Below, in pieces: positions 1 through 9,607 of a DNA stretch of 64,000 nucleotides; the stretch's first letter is position 1, and each line of letters begins with the position of its first letter. The notes below the pieces were generated by a model. The model had not been told where the DNA came from. It searched no databases and saw only the letters and a program-made list of their open reading frames with translations. This DNA comes from an uncultured bacterium. Lineage in GTDB: Bacteria > Acidobacteriota > Thermoanaerobaculia > Multivoradales > JAHZIX01. The translations under genes were made by a program, and so were the position numbers. The stretch is from the NCBI GenBank assembly GCA_965368975.1, contig CBDUPA010000006.1, forward strand, positions 128,001-192,000, in the 5' to 3' direction.

Positions 1-591
1 ACAGATCCGATCACCGTTGAGTTCCTCGAAGCACGGTCCAGACTCAGTCTGCTTCTGCAAGGTGCGCGCTGCCCCCAGCCATCCGATGCGAAGGCCCTTG
101 GCGTCCGTCCGTACCAAGCGTTCAGCGTCCTGCAGAGTATCTGCGGCTCCCAGCACGTCGAGGCCGGCGCAACGGACGGCTTGTAGAGACGAGGTGAGGC
201 CGTCCGGTCCGTGATCGTAGATGTGGTTGTTGGCCAGATTGAGCAGGGTGAAACCGTGATGGGCCAGCGTCTCGGCGAAGTCGGTCTCACCCGTGTGGAA
301 GGCACCGCTCGGAACGACCGGCAGCAACGGAGTCTCGAGATTCCCGAAGACCACGTCGCCGCTACGGAGTACGGGCGTCAGTTGCGAGAGCAGTGCTTCC
401 CGGCCGAGCTGGTCAGCAGTTGTGCGCAGGCGTCCGGAAAAGCCGATATCACCAGCGGCCAAGAGTCGTACGGTGGCACCGTCCGCTTGCCGCAGCTCAC
501 CTTGCAGCATCGGGAGCCCGGCCGGGGCGCCACTGGACCAGGCGCGCGCCGGAAGACGCTGGAACGATGGGAACTCGTGGACGTGACTCAT
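1..591 (-). CDS. CapA/PgsA-family metallophosphoesterase-fold protein (partial, runs off window start)
   Basis: Not in the ORF track; translated by hand from ATG 591 (ATGA overlap with the upstream stop): MSHVHEF...LLAAGDIGF...VFGNLETP...LNLANNHIYDHGPDGL, the CapA-family motifs. Confidence 0.85.
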   Translation of the reverse strand, partial: MSHVHEFPSFQRLPARAWSSGAPAGLPMLQGELRQADGATVRLLAAGDIGFSGRLRTTADQLGREALLSQLTPVLRSGDVVFGNLETPLLPVVPSGAFHTGETDFAETLAHHGFTLLNLANNHIYDHGPDGLTSSLQAVRCAGLDVLGAADTLQDAERLVRTDAKGLRIGWLGAARTLQKQTESGPCFEELNGDRIC

Positions 592-2081
592 CTTGCTGGG
601 TTCCAGGGCTTCGGCGCGCCCCACCTCTGGGCAGCAGCCGAGCGTACATGCATGGGGATGCCCGCGGGAAGGATCCATGCCGCCCCGATCGCGAATACGA
701 CGCTGGGTGCGGCCAGGCGCATAGCTGCGTGCACCAGGAAGAGCAATGCCCAGGTCGTAAATGTCAGGGACAAGGCGATGCTGAGCAGCGAAGCTCTCCG
801 TCGCCGTAGCCGTTTCCACACCATTCCAGCGAGCAGCAGTAAGGCAATCAGGCCGAAGATGCCATGCTCGGCCAAGAGCCGGCTGTACTCTGTATGCGTT
901 GCCTTCATGCCGAAAGTGCGAGCATGGTAGATCTTGGCTTGTCCGGGGCCGACCCCGAACACCGGGTTCTCGACGAAGGCCATGAGGTCGGCCTCGATCA
1001 GCTTCTCGCGGCCGGTCAGCGACGGATCAGAAAAGCGCCTGCCGAGGGCACCATCGGTGAAGGCATTGAGCGCGGGATATAGCAGGTAGATGCCGACCAG
1101 GCCGACCAGGGCCCCGCGCAACAGCACGGCGCCTCGGCTTTGGCGGTCTCGCATCAACAGGACGATGCCGACGGTCAGAGCGCCGAAGGTAGTCGCCAGG
1201 CCGCCCCGGGAGAAGGTCAAGGCGCTCTGTGCCGCTAGCCAAAGACCGCAGGCGGCGATCAGAAAGCGTAGCAACTTCTCACGCCGATCCAGGAAGAGGT
1301 AGATCAGGGCCATCAGTGCCGCGAGACTGAGCGTCGAGGACACCTGGTTGGGACCGATACCGCCCGATGCGACTCGATTCGATGCGCCGCCGAAGTCGAG
1401 GCCTTCGGTCGTCAAGGTCAGGCTGGTAGCGACCGCGACCATGCTCAGTGCCGGCCCGATGATCGCCAGGCACAGCAGCTTGAACTGCCGCAGATCCAGC
1501 TGCTGAGTGCTGAACAGGGCTGTCAGCACGGCGAGCGCCAGAGGCCCGCTCAGGTTGAACGAAATCTGGCCGCGGTCGAGGTGAGGCAGGACGGCGATCG
1601 CGGGTAGCAGCAAGGCGAAGTACACGAGGGGCATCTTCTCGGCACGGGGTAGCAGCCGGTAGCGCAGTAGCGCCAGCATGCCGAGCAGCGTCGCCGCGTA
1701 CTTGCCGTACTCCCAGAAGATCGAGGCTCCGGCACCGCGCCACAGGACCTCGGCGCCGCTGATGTAGGCGATGACCAAGAGAACGCGCAGAGGCTGGCGC
1801 GAGGTGATGACCCAGAATAAGCCGAGTGCCAGCGTGGCCAGCGCGTGGCCCGTGGCCAACAGCGACGAAGCCTTGAGGGCTGGGCCGAGCAGCAGATGTC
1901 CGGCCAGGTAGAGAGTCACCCAAACCGTCGGTAGGGAATCACTGCGGACGAAAGCCGCCGAGGCCGGATGCGTCCAGCCCTGGAATCCCGGGGCGTGCGC
2001 GAAGGACGCTGGAAAGCCCGGTGTCCGTGTCTGCCACTGTGGGTGGGGTCGTTGCCACCTCGGGTCAGCAAAGTTCGTCAT
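588..2081 (-). CDS. O-antigen ligase/Wzy polymerase-like multi-pass membrane protein
   Basis: Many TM segments; motifs GPNQ, TFSRGG, TGR...GVGPG, HTEYSRLLAEHG. Start moved from 2150 to ATG 2081; uncertain. Confidence 0.8.
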   Translation of the reverse strand: MTNFADPRWQRPHPQWQTRTPGFPASFAHAPGFQGWTHPASAAFVRSDSLPTVWVTLYLAGHLLLGPALKASSLLATGHALATLALGLFWVITSRQPLRVLLVIAYISGAEVLWRGAGASIFWEYGKYAATLLGMLALLRYRLLPRAEKMPLVYFALLLPAIAVLPHLDRGQISFNLSGPLALAVLTALFSTQQLDLRQFKLLCLAIIGPALSMVAVATSLTLTTEGLDFGGASNRVASGGIGPNQVSSTLSLAALMALIYLFLDRREKLLRFLIAACGLWLAAQSALTFSRGGLATTFGALTVGIVLLMRDRQSRGAVLLRGALVGLVGIYLLYPALNAFTDGALGRRFSDPSLTGREKLIEADLMAFVENPVFGVGPGQAKIYHARTFGMKATHTEYSRLLAEHGIFGLIALLLLAGMVWKRLRRRRASLLSIALSLTFTTWALLFLVHAAMRLAAPSVVFAIGAAWILPAGIPMHVRSAAAQRWGAPKPWNPAR

Positions 2082-3153
2082 TGTCACTGTCTCCGAGGCC
2101 CCAAGCCGGTTCGGCGGCAGCCACGCGTGCCATGAGCTGCGGCTGCGCACTGAGCCAGCAGAAGCGTGAGCGAGTGCGCACCAGGAACCCTAGCGGCCAT
2201 AGCTGCTTGGCCAGAACTGGTCCAGCGAGGACTGTGATCTGTGCCAGGCCTTGGGCGGCAGCATCACGGGTGGCCAGGCGCACGACATCCCGCAAGTCGG
2301 CGGATTGGGCCGGGTCTCCGAACAGCTCCAGAATGCGCAACATGCCGGGACCGTCGGCTTGGGGGACCACTCGAGCGATCAAGGCCCAGGTCGGCTGCGC
2401 TCGTGGACCTGCGACATAACACCGCAGCTGCTGCGGCCAGGGCAGCTGACCATAGCGCCAATCGAAGTGGTGTGCGTCGCGTCTCGTGTGCACGCTGGAG
2501 GGCAATGGGTAGCGTTCCGCGATGTGACTCAACAGCTGCGGATCCAGCGCTTCCAGGAGCCGTGCACTGCGGGGCTGGTAGCAGCGCAGCCAGCGCCGCC
2601 AGAGCAGCGCCAGCGGACTGAGCAAGAAGGCGCCGCCTCGCAGAATCCGACCTCGGACGCCGCGGGTTCGTTGCAGTGGGCGCAACTGCCCCGGCCGCAA
2701 GGGCAGCAGTAGAGTCGCTAGATCCTCGCGCACGCCCCATCCGTGCTTGCGATGAATCGCCGCGGCCAGCGCATTCGGCACCCCCAGCAAGAGCTGAGCC
2801 CGTTCCCGCACCTCGCGGTCGAAGTAGCGCTGAAGTCCGAGTCCACGATACTCGCGAGCGATCACCAGATCTACCCACCACACCGCTTCTACTTCCTCGC
2901 CAGCAACTGCGCATGTGATCGGGATCAGTGCGCAATAGCCGGCGATCTCGTGGTTGACTGTCAGCACCAGACGGTTGTCGGATCCATGGTGCCACCACTC
3001 GCCGTGCAGGCGTAAGAAGTGGGCCTTCGCCGGGCTGAAATTACGACGCAGGAACGCGTCAAGCTGCTCCGCGTCGATCGTACTGGCGGTTTGCAGCCGA
3101 GGGGGCGACAACGAAGTGGCCGCAGTGGTGGCGGAGTCGGGGCCGGTACTCAC
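2065..3153 (-). CDS. GNAT-family N-acyltransferase
   Basis: Acetyl-CoA-binding-like DLVIAREYRGLGL; 4-bp overlap with the upstream GT. Confidence 0.7.
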   Translation of the reverse strand: MSTGPDSATTAATSLSPPRLQTASTIDAEQLDAFLRRNFSPAKAHFLRLHGEWWHHGSDNRLVLTVNHEIAGYCALIPITCAVAGEEVEAVWWVDLVIAREYRGLGLQRYFDREVRERAQLLLGVPNALAAAIHRKHGWGVREDLATLLLPLRPGQLRPLQRTRGVRGRILRGGAFLLSPLALLWRRWLRCYQPRSARLLEALDPQLLSHIAERYPLPSSVHTRRDAHHFDWRYGQLPWPQQLRCYVAGPRAQPTWALIARVVPQADGPGMLRILELFGDPAQSADLRDVVRLATRDAAAQGLAQITVLAGPVLAKQLWPLGFLVRTRSRFCWLSAQPQLMARVAAAEPAWGLGDSDNDELC

Positions 3154-4358
3154 CGGTCGACTCTACCACCGCCCGAGGTGTCCACCGTGATGCCGCGCGC
3201 CCGCAAAGCTCCGCGGTACAGGCGTTCCAAGTGTGCGGCTGCGTGGCTGCAAGCATGTCTCTTCTGCACTCGCAGGCGGCCTGCCTGGCCGAGGCGACGA
3301 GCTCGGGTGGGGTCGAGAAGAAGGCCTTCGATCGCCTGCGCCAGGGCGTCAGCGTCGCCGGCTGGAACCAGGAGGCCCGCGTCTCCATCGCCGAGTAGTT
3401 CCGGAATACCGCCGACGCTCGTCGCCACGACCGGTGTGCCGGCGGCCATCGCCTCCAGAATGGCATTGGGTTGTCCTTCACTGTGGGAAGTCAGCGCCAT
3501 CACGTCGAACCGCGCCAGCAGTGACGTCACATCGCTGCGGAAGCCGGCGAGCAACACCTTGCCGTGCAGGCCCAGGCCGTCGATCTCGGCTTGTAGTTCG
3601 GCTGGTAGATCCGGTTCACTAGGCAGCGGTTGACCGACGATGACACCGCGGGCGTCCGGGTGGTGGCGGATCACCTCGGCCATCGCCTGGACGAAAAGTT
3701 GTTGGTTCTTGACCCGCCGCAGGTTGCCGAGGATGCCGACCACCGGCGCTTGCGTATCAATGCCCAGACCACTCAGGTCGGCAGGCTGCACGTCGGCAGG
3801 TGGTAGCTCGACGCCGTTGGGGAGTACGGCGATACGGCTGCCGCCGAGGCTGGCATCGAGCAGCTGGTCACGTAGCGCTTCCGAGTTCACCAGGAGGCGT
3901 TGCACGCCACGCAAGCAGAGAAAGCGGTAGAGTGCCGGCAGACTCCGGATGGCCTCCGAATGCAGCGAGCCGCGCAACGAGCCCCAGCGCAGCGGCACGC
4001 CAGCCAACCGTCCCGCAACCGCGGCGTAGGCGTTGTCGTGCACACTCCAGGAGTGGAGTACGTGTGGTCTGAGCCGGCGGCACAGTCGGCGTAGATACGC
4101 TAGGCGCTTACGGATGCCGCGGATCTCGGGTGGAAGCTCGATCACGTCGACGCTGGCTGCGCGCAGGGCCTCGTTGAGCACTGGATAGGGCGTCGGGTTG
4201 AACACCACCACGGTGGCTCGGCAGCGTGCTGGGTCGAGGTGCTTGAGTAGCAGATAGAGCTGCCGCTCGCTACCACCGTGTCCCAGCTCGCCGGTCAGGT
4301 ACAGCAGGCGCAGCTGGCTGGTCTCAGTGGGTGCCTGGTCCGCCATCCGCCTCGTCAT
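3150..4358 (-). CDS. GT4 glycosyltransferase
   Basis: GGSERQ at N-terminus; EGQPNAILEAMAAGTPVV EX7E motif. Confidence 0.92.
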   Translation of the reverse strand: MTRRMADQAPTETSQLRLLYLTGELGHGGSERQLYLLLKHLDPARCRATVVVFNPTPYPVLNEALRAASVDVIELPPEIRGIRKRLAYLRRLCRRLRPHVLHSWSVHDNAYAAVAGRLAGVPLRWGSLRGSLHSEAIRSLPALYRFLCLRGVQRLLVNSEALRDQLLDASLGGSRIAVLPNGVELPPADVQPADLSGLGIDTQAPVVGILGNLRRVKNQQLFVQAMAEVIRHHPDARGVIVGQPLPSEPDLPAELQAEIDGLGLHGKVLLAGFRSDVTSLLARFDVMALTSHSEGQPNAILEAMAAGTPVVATSVGGIPELLGDGDAGLLVPAGDADALAQAIEGLLLDPTRARRLGQAGRLRVQKRHACSHAAAHLERLYRGALRARGITVDTSGGGRVDR

Positions 4359-5580
4359 CGCTGGTTGACTGAGTTTGTAGGGGCGATCGGGTCAGCAGGG
4401 TCGTCAGTCGCGGCTCCAGTGTGGCGGCGGCGAAGATATGGCCGGCGGGCGAGAAGTGCGTGTCCACCAGGCCGTGCAACCGTTCGCCGGTCGCCTCGAA
4501 GTGTTGCCGCATGGGGTCCGAGAGGTTCACGAAGTCGAGGCCTAGCTCGCGCAGGCGCGCCTCCATCAGGCGTGCCGGCTGGCCGTAATCCACTGCTGCG
4601 GGCGACTCACCCAACGCCCGCGCGTACGCCTCCCCGAGCCGCGCGTCGACCTCGACGGCACCCGGCAGGAGCACGAACAGCGCGTCGATGCCGTGTGCCG
4701 CGGTCACTTCGTCGATCTCCTGGCACTGTCGTGCCGTCAAGGCCCAGCGCTCCGCCTCGGCCTCACGGCGTAGATAGGCAGAGTCCAGGTGCCGTGCGCT
4801 CAGGCCCATCCGCATCAGCAGGTACCAAGCCTGGTTGCGCGCCAGCATGAACAGGTGGGAGCGGGTCTCGAGCGTGTCGTTGAGCGGATACAGCCAGGCA
4901 TTGACTAGCTCGCCCGGCCGCAAGCTGCGTGGCCAGCGCCAGGCGTGGCGCACGGTGCTCTGCTTCGGTGGGAACGCGTCGCGGCGCCAGGCTTCGATGT
5001 CGTTGCCCAGGTAGAGGAAGACCAGCACCAGGTCATAGGGTCGTCCGTCGGCGGGCGCGTCCAGCTCCTGCGCGGCTTTGATCCGGTAGTGACTCGGTCC
5101 CCAGCCACCGACACCGGTGTTCACCACCTCGACACCGTCGTTGAACCGCTCGCTCAGCGTGCGTGCCAGCAGCTCCGTCATCGTGTCCTCGGCCTCGACC
5201 TGGATAGCCGCCAGGTATGAATCGCCGAGCGCGAGGATGCGGTGTCCGGGCGTTGCCGTGGGAGTTTCACTGGTGATGCGGTAGCCGTGCTCGTCGGTGC
5301 GCAAGTGGATCTCGCGCTCGCCGGTGTTGATGCGTGTGTCAATGTTCGGCGTCTGCACCCAGCCGAGCCCGCTGTCGTCTGCCTGCCAGACATCCGGTCG
5401 CAGCAGGATCAGCTGCTGTGGTGCCAGCCAGCGCACCAGACCTTCGGCGAGCAGCAGCGAAACGCAGGTCGACAACACCAGCAACAGCAGCTTGCCCGCT
5501 CGGCGCCGCCAGCGGCGACGAGCAGACATCTCGGTCGGCTTCGATGCTTCGGGCTTCAGAGTAGGCGGTCTCTGCCGCAT
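4324..5580 (-). CDS. Membrane-anchored SGNH/GDSL-family protein (glycan O-acetyltransferase or esterase)
   Basis: N-terminal TM; LGDS, NTGVGG, GND, DTH blocks. Start ATG 5580 or 5529; the ORF-track extension into mazF is spurious. Confidence 0.8.
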   Translation of the reverse strand: MRQRPPTLKPEASKPTEMSARRRWRRRAGKLLLLVLSTCVSLLLAEGLVRWLAPQQLILLRPDVWQADDSGLGWVQTPNIDTRINTGEREIHLRTDEHGYRITSETPTATPGHRILALGDSYLAAIQVEAEDTMTELLARTLSERFNDGVEVVNTGVGGWGPSHYRIKAAQELDAPADGRPYDLVLVFLYLGNDIEAWRRDAFPPKQSTVRHAWRWPRSLRPGELVNAWLYPLNDTLETRSHLFMLARNQAWYLLMRMGLSARHLDSAYLRREAEAERWALTARQCQEIDEVTAAHGIDALFVLLPGAVEVDARLGEAYARALGESPAAVDYGQPARLMEARLRELGLDFVNLSDPMRQHFEATGERLHGLVDTHFSPAGHIFAAATLEPRLTTLLTRSPLQTQSTSDDEADGGPGTH

Positions 5581-5912
5581 AGGATATCCAGACCGTTCAG
5601 AATCGATTCGAGCTGAGAGCGCGAGACTCTTCCAACGCGTTCTCGCAGCTGATGGCGATGGAGCGTCAGGATCTGCGAAACATTGGCGACGGAGTCCTTG
5701 GGTAGTCCAGTCTTGCGGGATACGAGGAGCACGTTTCCCGGCATGTCTGCCAAAAGGGCATTGCTGGTCAAAGGGACGACCGTGACGGTTGCAAGCTGGC
5801 TCCGATTGAAGGAGTCGCACTGGATTATTACCACGGGGCGATCAAACCCTGGACCAGAGCCAACTGGTTCCGGCAAAGTGGCCCACCAGATGTCTCCCTG
5901 GCTGATCACCAC
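5556..5912 (-). CDS. mazF: MazF/PemK-family endoribonuclease toxin
   Basis: QGDIWW...GSGPGFDRPVVIIQ...VVPLTSN...TGLPKDSVANVSQ signature. Confidence 0.92.
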   Translation of the reverse strand: MVISQGDIWWATLPEPVGSGPGFDRPVVIIQCDSFNRSQLATVTVVPLTSNALLADMPGNVLLVSRKTGLPKDSVANVSQILTLHRHQLRERVGRVSRSQLESILNGLDILCGRDRLL

Positions 5913-6142
5913 TCGGTGTTGGCCAGGATTCTGCGCGCCGCTTCGGTGACGAAGGCGTCTGGGCGCGTGTCGACGTCCGCACAGACGGCGTTGATCTTTT
6001 CGGTAACCGCGTCCGGGTCATGGCGGGCAGCGTACTCGGAGACGGCCTCGCTGTAGAGCTGGCTGCGGGACTTGTTCATCAGCTTGGCGAGGCGCTCCGC
6101 GGTATGGAAGATAGGATCGGGAATGGAGATAGCGGTCTTCAT
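5906..6142 (-). CDS. MazE/ChpI-like ribbon-helix-helix antitoxin
   Basis: MKTAISIPD...SRSQLY; 78 aa; overlaps the toxin start. Confidence 0.88.
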   Translation of the reverse strand: MKTAISIPDPIFHTAERLAKLMNKSRSQLYSEAVSEYAARHDPDAVTEKINAVCADVDTRPDAFVTEAARRILANTEW

Positions 6143-6154
6143 ACTATGAGTATA
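6141..6154 (-). promoter_or_regulatory. -10 box TATACT 6 nt before the antitoxin ATG (leaderless), with an overlapping ATACT-N3-AGTAT palindrome (likely operator)
   Basis: Minus strand reads ggtTATACTcatagtATG; no Shine-Dalgarno. Confidence 0.65.
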
Positions 6155-6178
6155 ACCGAGAGTTGGGGAGAACTGCCC

Positions 6179-7006
6179 TTACCGCAGCCCCGGACGGTGC
6201 AGTCCGCTCAACTTCGCGGCCAGGTACCAGGGGCGATCCGAATACAGCCCGATGCGCGGGATCTCGTAGCCCTCGACGCCGGCACCCAGCGCGTCGAGTG
6301 CGAACCCCGCCCGGTATCCAGCCGCACGTACCGCCAGCGCCACGCGCTCGTCGTAGTCGCCGGTCGGGTAGGCGAAGAGATCGACTTCCTTGCCGGTGAT
6401 CTCTTCCAGCGTCCGCTTCGAGCCCCCCAGCTCGGCACGCAGGTCTTCGTCCGAGCATTGAGTCAGCAGCGGGTGCTTGACGCTGTGCGCACCGATGGTG
6501 ATGCCCGGGTTTTTGGCGCACTGACGCAGCTGCTCGGCGCTCATGCCATCGTACAGGTCTTGGGCGATCTCTTCCGGTACGTCGGCGGCATCGTCCCACT
6601 TGCGCGCCACCTGCTTGTGTGTCGCGGGCAGCCAATCACGCGGGTCGTGGACGTGCTGTGTGGTGATGAAGAAGACGGCCGGAGCGTCGAGTTCGCGCAG
6701 CACGGGAATGGCTTGCTCGAAGTTGTTGGCAAAGCCGTCGTCGAAGGTGAGCAGGATGCCGGGTTGACCGGCGAGGAATTGCCGTGGGCTGAGCAGGGCG
6801 AAGTGACGGCGCAGCCAGGTGAGGGCTCGGCGCAGTTCAGCGGCGTCGAAGCTGGGCTGGATGTCCTTGGGCAGGTCGGGGTAACGACGCGAAGCGACAC
6901 CGTGGAAGGTGATGGCGAAGCGGCAGCGTTGCGTCTTGAAGTGGCGGGCCAGGCTGGTGACGCCAGTGGCCCACAGCAAGAAGGAGGCGGCTTGCCGAAG
7001 GATCAT
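6179..7006 (-). CDS. Polysaccharide deacetylase (NodB/CE4)
   Basis: TFDDG, HSVKHP, AYPTG motifs. Confidence 0.9.
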   Translation of the reverse strand: MILRQAASFLLWATGVTSLARHFKTQRCRFAITFHGVASRRYPDLPKDIQPSFDAAELRRALTWLRRHFALLSPRQFLAGQPGILLTFDDGFANNFEQAIPVLRELDAPAVFFITTQHVHDPRDWLPATHKQVARKWDDAADVPEEIAQDLYDGMSAEQLRQCAKNPGITIGAHSVKHPLLTQCSDEDLRAELGGSKRTLEEITGKEVDLFAYPTGDYDERVALAVRAAGYRAGFALDALGAGVEGYEIPRIGLYSDRPWYLAAKLSGLHRPGLR

Positions 7007-8304
7007 GAAGACTCCGTGGAGCGTGATGGTGAGGCGGAGGAGGGAGAGGAAGAGGAGGCCTGCGGTAGTTGCCAGGCGGCACGCAGGTGTTCGCCGATCG
7101 TGTCACGCCAGCATTCCAGCGTATAGTTCTCGGCACGCTGGCGTGCGGTACAGGCGAGGCGGGCGAGGCGTTCTGGATCGGCGGTGAGTTCGAGGACGGC
7201 GTCTGCGACGGCATCGGCGGTCGCTGCGGGCAGCACGACGCCGGCGGGGTCGGCTCCGGGCGGTTGCAACAAGTGGGGCAGCACTGAGACCGCGGGTGCG
7301 AGCACGGGCAGACCGCAAGCGAGGGCCTCGAGCACCGCCTTGGGGAAGCCCTCGGCGACGCGCGTCGGAAAGAGGAAGAGGTGACTCTCGCACAGCCGCT
7401 GCAGGAGTTCAGCGTGCGGCCGATTGCCGTGCAGGGTGACGGCGTCGGCGAAGTCGGGATCGCGCTCGCTGAGCTGCAGGATCTGAGCCTCCAGCGCCGT
7501 ACGGTGGGCACCGTCGCCGAAAACCTCGAGACGTGCGGGCAAGTGCCGGCGCAGCTCGAAGAGGGCTTGGATACAGGCGTCGACGTTCTTGCCGGCACTC
7601 AGGCGGCCGGCAAAGATCAGCCGCAGTTCCTGGCCCGGCTTCCAACCTGCCGCCGGCATCAAGGCGGCGAGCTGAGCGCGGCGCAAGCTGGTCGAGAAGA
7701 TCCACTGGACGTCGGCGTGCCCGGGCTGCCCGGCCGTCTGCGGCGGCCGCGTGCCTCCGCCAGTCGCTAGCACGACGCGCCGCGGGTAGGCAGGATGGGG
7801 TTCGGCGATGCGTGGTAGGAGCCAGCCGAGGAAGCGGTCGGCAATCGTCGTGCGGTTGCCCCAGGTACCACAGTGGCGTACGAAGAGGTGCTTGCGCTGA
7901 ACCAGAGCGAGTAGCAGGCCGACAGTACCGAGGTCGCCGGGGACGGCGGCGTGGACGACGTCGGCACGCCACAAGGTTCGCCACAGGGTCGGCAGGTGTC
8001 GCGGCAGCCAGAGCAGTAGCGCCAGCTTACGCCGCCAGCCGAGACCGGGAGGTTCGGGCACGGCGCGAACCTCGAGCGACGAGCCCGCCGTTGCTTGCAG
8101 CGGTGTCAGGCTGGCGGGTGCCGGCGTCGTGCGCCGGGTCACCAGCAGGGTGGTGTGCTCGAAGAGCTGTGCCAGTGCGGTCATCTGGAACGGGAAGCCG
8201 CCGTCCGTGGCGAAACCGGTGGGACTGCCGGTATCAGGCCAGCACGGCTTGTGCGATACCACGGCGAGCCGTTGGCGGTTCAGGGGTCGCCGTGGCGGGC
8301 TCAT
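7003..8304 (-). CDS. GT4 glycosyltransferase
   Basis: FAGRL..GKN, EGFPKAVLEA; ATG 8304 overlaps the upstream stop (ATGA). Confidence 0.85.
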   Translation of the reverse strand: MSPPRRPLNRQRLAVVSHKPCWPDTGSPTGFATDGGFPFQMTALAQLFEHTTLLVTRRTTPAPASLTPLQATAGSSLEVRAVPEPPGLGWRRKLALLLWLPRHLPTLWRTLWRADVVHAAVPGDLGTVGLLLALVQRKHLFVRHCGTWGNRTTIADRFLGWLLPRIAEPHPAYPRRVVLATGGGTRPPQTAGQPGHADVQWIFSTSLRRAQLAALMPAAGWKPGQELRLIFAGRLSAGKNVDACIQALFELRRHLPARLEVFGDGAHRTALEAQILQLSERDPDFADAVTLHGNRPHAELLQRLCESHLFLFPTRVAEGFPKAVLEALACGLPVLAPAVSVLPHLLQPPGADPAGVVLPAATADAVADAVLELTADPERLARLACTARQRAENYTLECWRDTIGEHLRAAWQLPQASSSSPSSASPSRSTESS

Positions 8305-9599
8305 GGTTGACTGTCCGGTGGAACATTGCGCTCGCTCAACCAGGTATCCAATTCCCAGGCCAGGCGTCGGTACGTCGCGTCGAAGCCGTAACGGCCCTCG
8401 ACTTGCGCCCGCGCTTTCCGCCCGGCCGTGGCCTGGTGTTCGGGGTCGCTGAGCAAGCGCCACAGCGCCTCGGCCATGCCGTCGTCGTCGGAGGCCAAGA
8501 AGAGGCCCTCGCCGTCGATCAGCTCCATGCCGGCGACGGCGTCCGGCGTGGCGACGACGGGGACGCCGAGCGCCATCACCTCGATCAGGCGGCTGCGAAA
8601 ACCGTAGGTGCCGACCCAAGGACACACGACCGCGTGCATGCTGGCGAGCACTGGCTGGACTTCCGGCACGAAGCCCGTGACCTTGACGCCGGCGTCCTCG
8701 TGCGCCAGGGTTTGTAGCTGTGCCGGCGGATGGCTACCGACCAGCCACAATTCGAGGTCGGGGACGTGCTGGCGTAGGCGCGGCAGTAGCTGGCGGTAGC
8801 AGCGCAGCGCGGCCTGCTGGTTGTGCTTGGTGGCCAGCCCACCGTAGTAGGCGATGCGGGGTGGATTTCCGGGCAGGTTGGGTGCCGGCTGGAAGGGCCA
8901 CTCGGCCAGGTCTACGCCCATTGGGGCGTAGAAGCGTGGCATCTCCTGCAGGGCTGCACCGACGTAGGTGTGTTCGTCACGGTTGATGGTGATCAGGGCG
9001 TCGAAGTCGCGCCAGGCAGCTTCTTCTTGCCGCCGATACGCTGCCACGCGACGGCGAGTCCAGAACGCGGGCAGTGGTACTCCGAAGAGTTTCACGTCTT
9101 GCCTTTGGCGTTCGTACGTCCGCCACAGCAGATCGTGCATGTCGAGCACACTGGGGACGCCGTGGCGGCGCAGCATGGGCGCGCAGGCGTGAGCGTGCCA
9201 GTACTCGAACAGGGTGAGGTCGAAGCCCCCGTCGCAGTCCCTGGCGTCGAGAAGCTCTTCGAGCGCCGTCTCGACGCGCCGCGGGTCGAACTCCAGCTGT
9301 ACGACGTAGTTCGAGGTCTTGAGGCTATGGCGGCGGGCGAAGAGTTCGGCGCGCAGCCGGTGCCAGAGACGGGCGAGCGGGTTGGCCTGGTAGCGTGACG
9401 GCAGCACGATGGCGAGGTCGACCAGCTCGGCCAAGCGGGCGCGCAGACCTTCGATCTCGGGCTCCGGGGCGAAGGTCAAGAAGGTGATGTGGAAGCGCTC
9501 GCTGAGCGCCAGTAGTTTGTTGCGCACGCGCTGCTGCTGGCCGGCACTGCCCGGGAAGGGCAAGACTGCTGACACGACCAGCAAGTTGCGTCGGGGCAT
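8301..9599 (-). CDS. GT4 glycosyltransferase
   Basis: PFPGSAG..QR N-terminus; VTGFVPEV...GFRSRLIEVMALGVPVV. Confidence 0.88.
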   Translation of the reverse strand: MPRRNLLVVSAVLPFPGSAGQQQRVRNKLLALSERFHITFLTFAPEPEIEGLRARLAELVDLAIVLPSRYQANPLARLWHRLRAELFARRHSLKTSNYVVQLEFDPRRVETALEELLDARDCDGGFDLTLFEYWHAHACAPMLRRHGVPSVLDMHDLLWRTYERQRQDVKLFGVPLPAFWTRRRVAAYRRQEEAAWRDFDALITINRDEHTYVGAALQEMPRFYAPMGVDLAEWPFQPAPNLPGNPPRIAYYGGLATKHNQQAALRCYRQLLPRLRQHVPDLELWLVGSHPPAQLQTLAHEDAGVKVTGFVPEVQPVLASMHAVVCPWVGTYGFRSRLIEVMALGVPVVATPDAVAGMELIDGEGLFLASDDDGMAEALWRLLSDPEHQATAGRKARAQVEGRYGFDATYRRLAWELDTWLSERNVPPDSQP

Positions 9600-9607
9600 C
9601 GCGCGGC

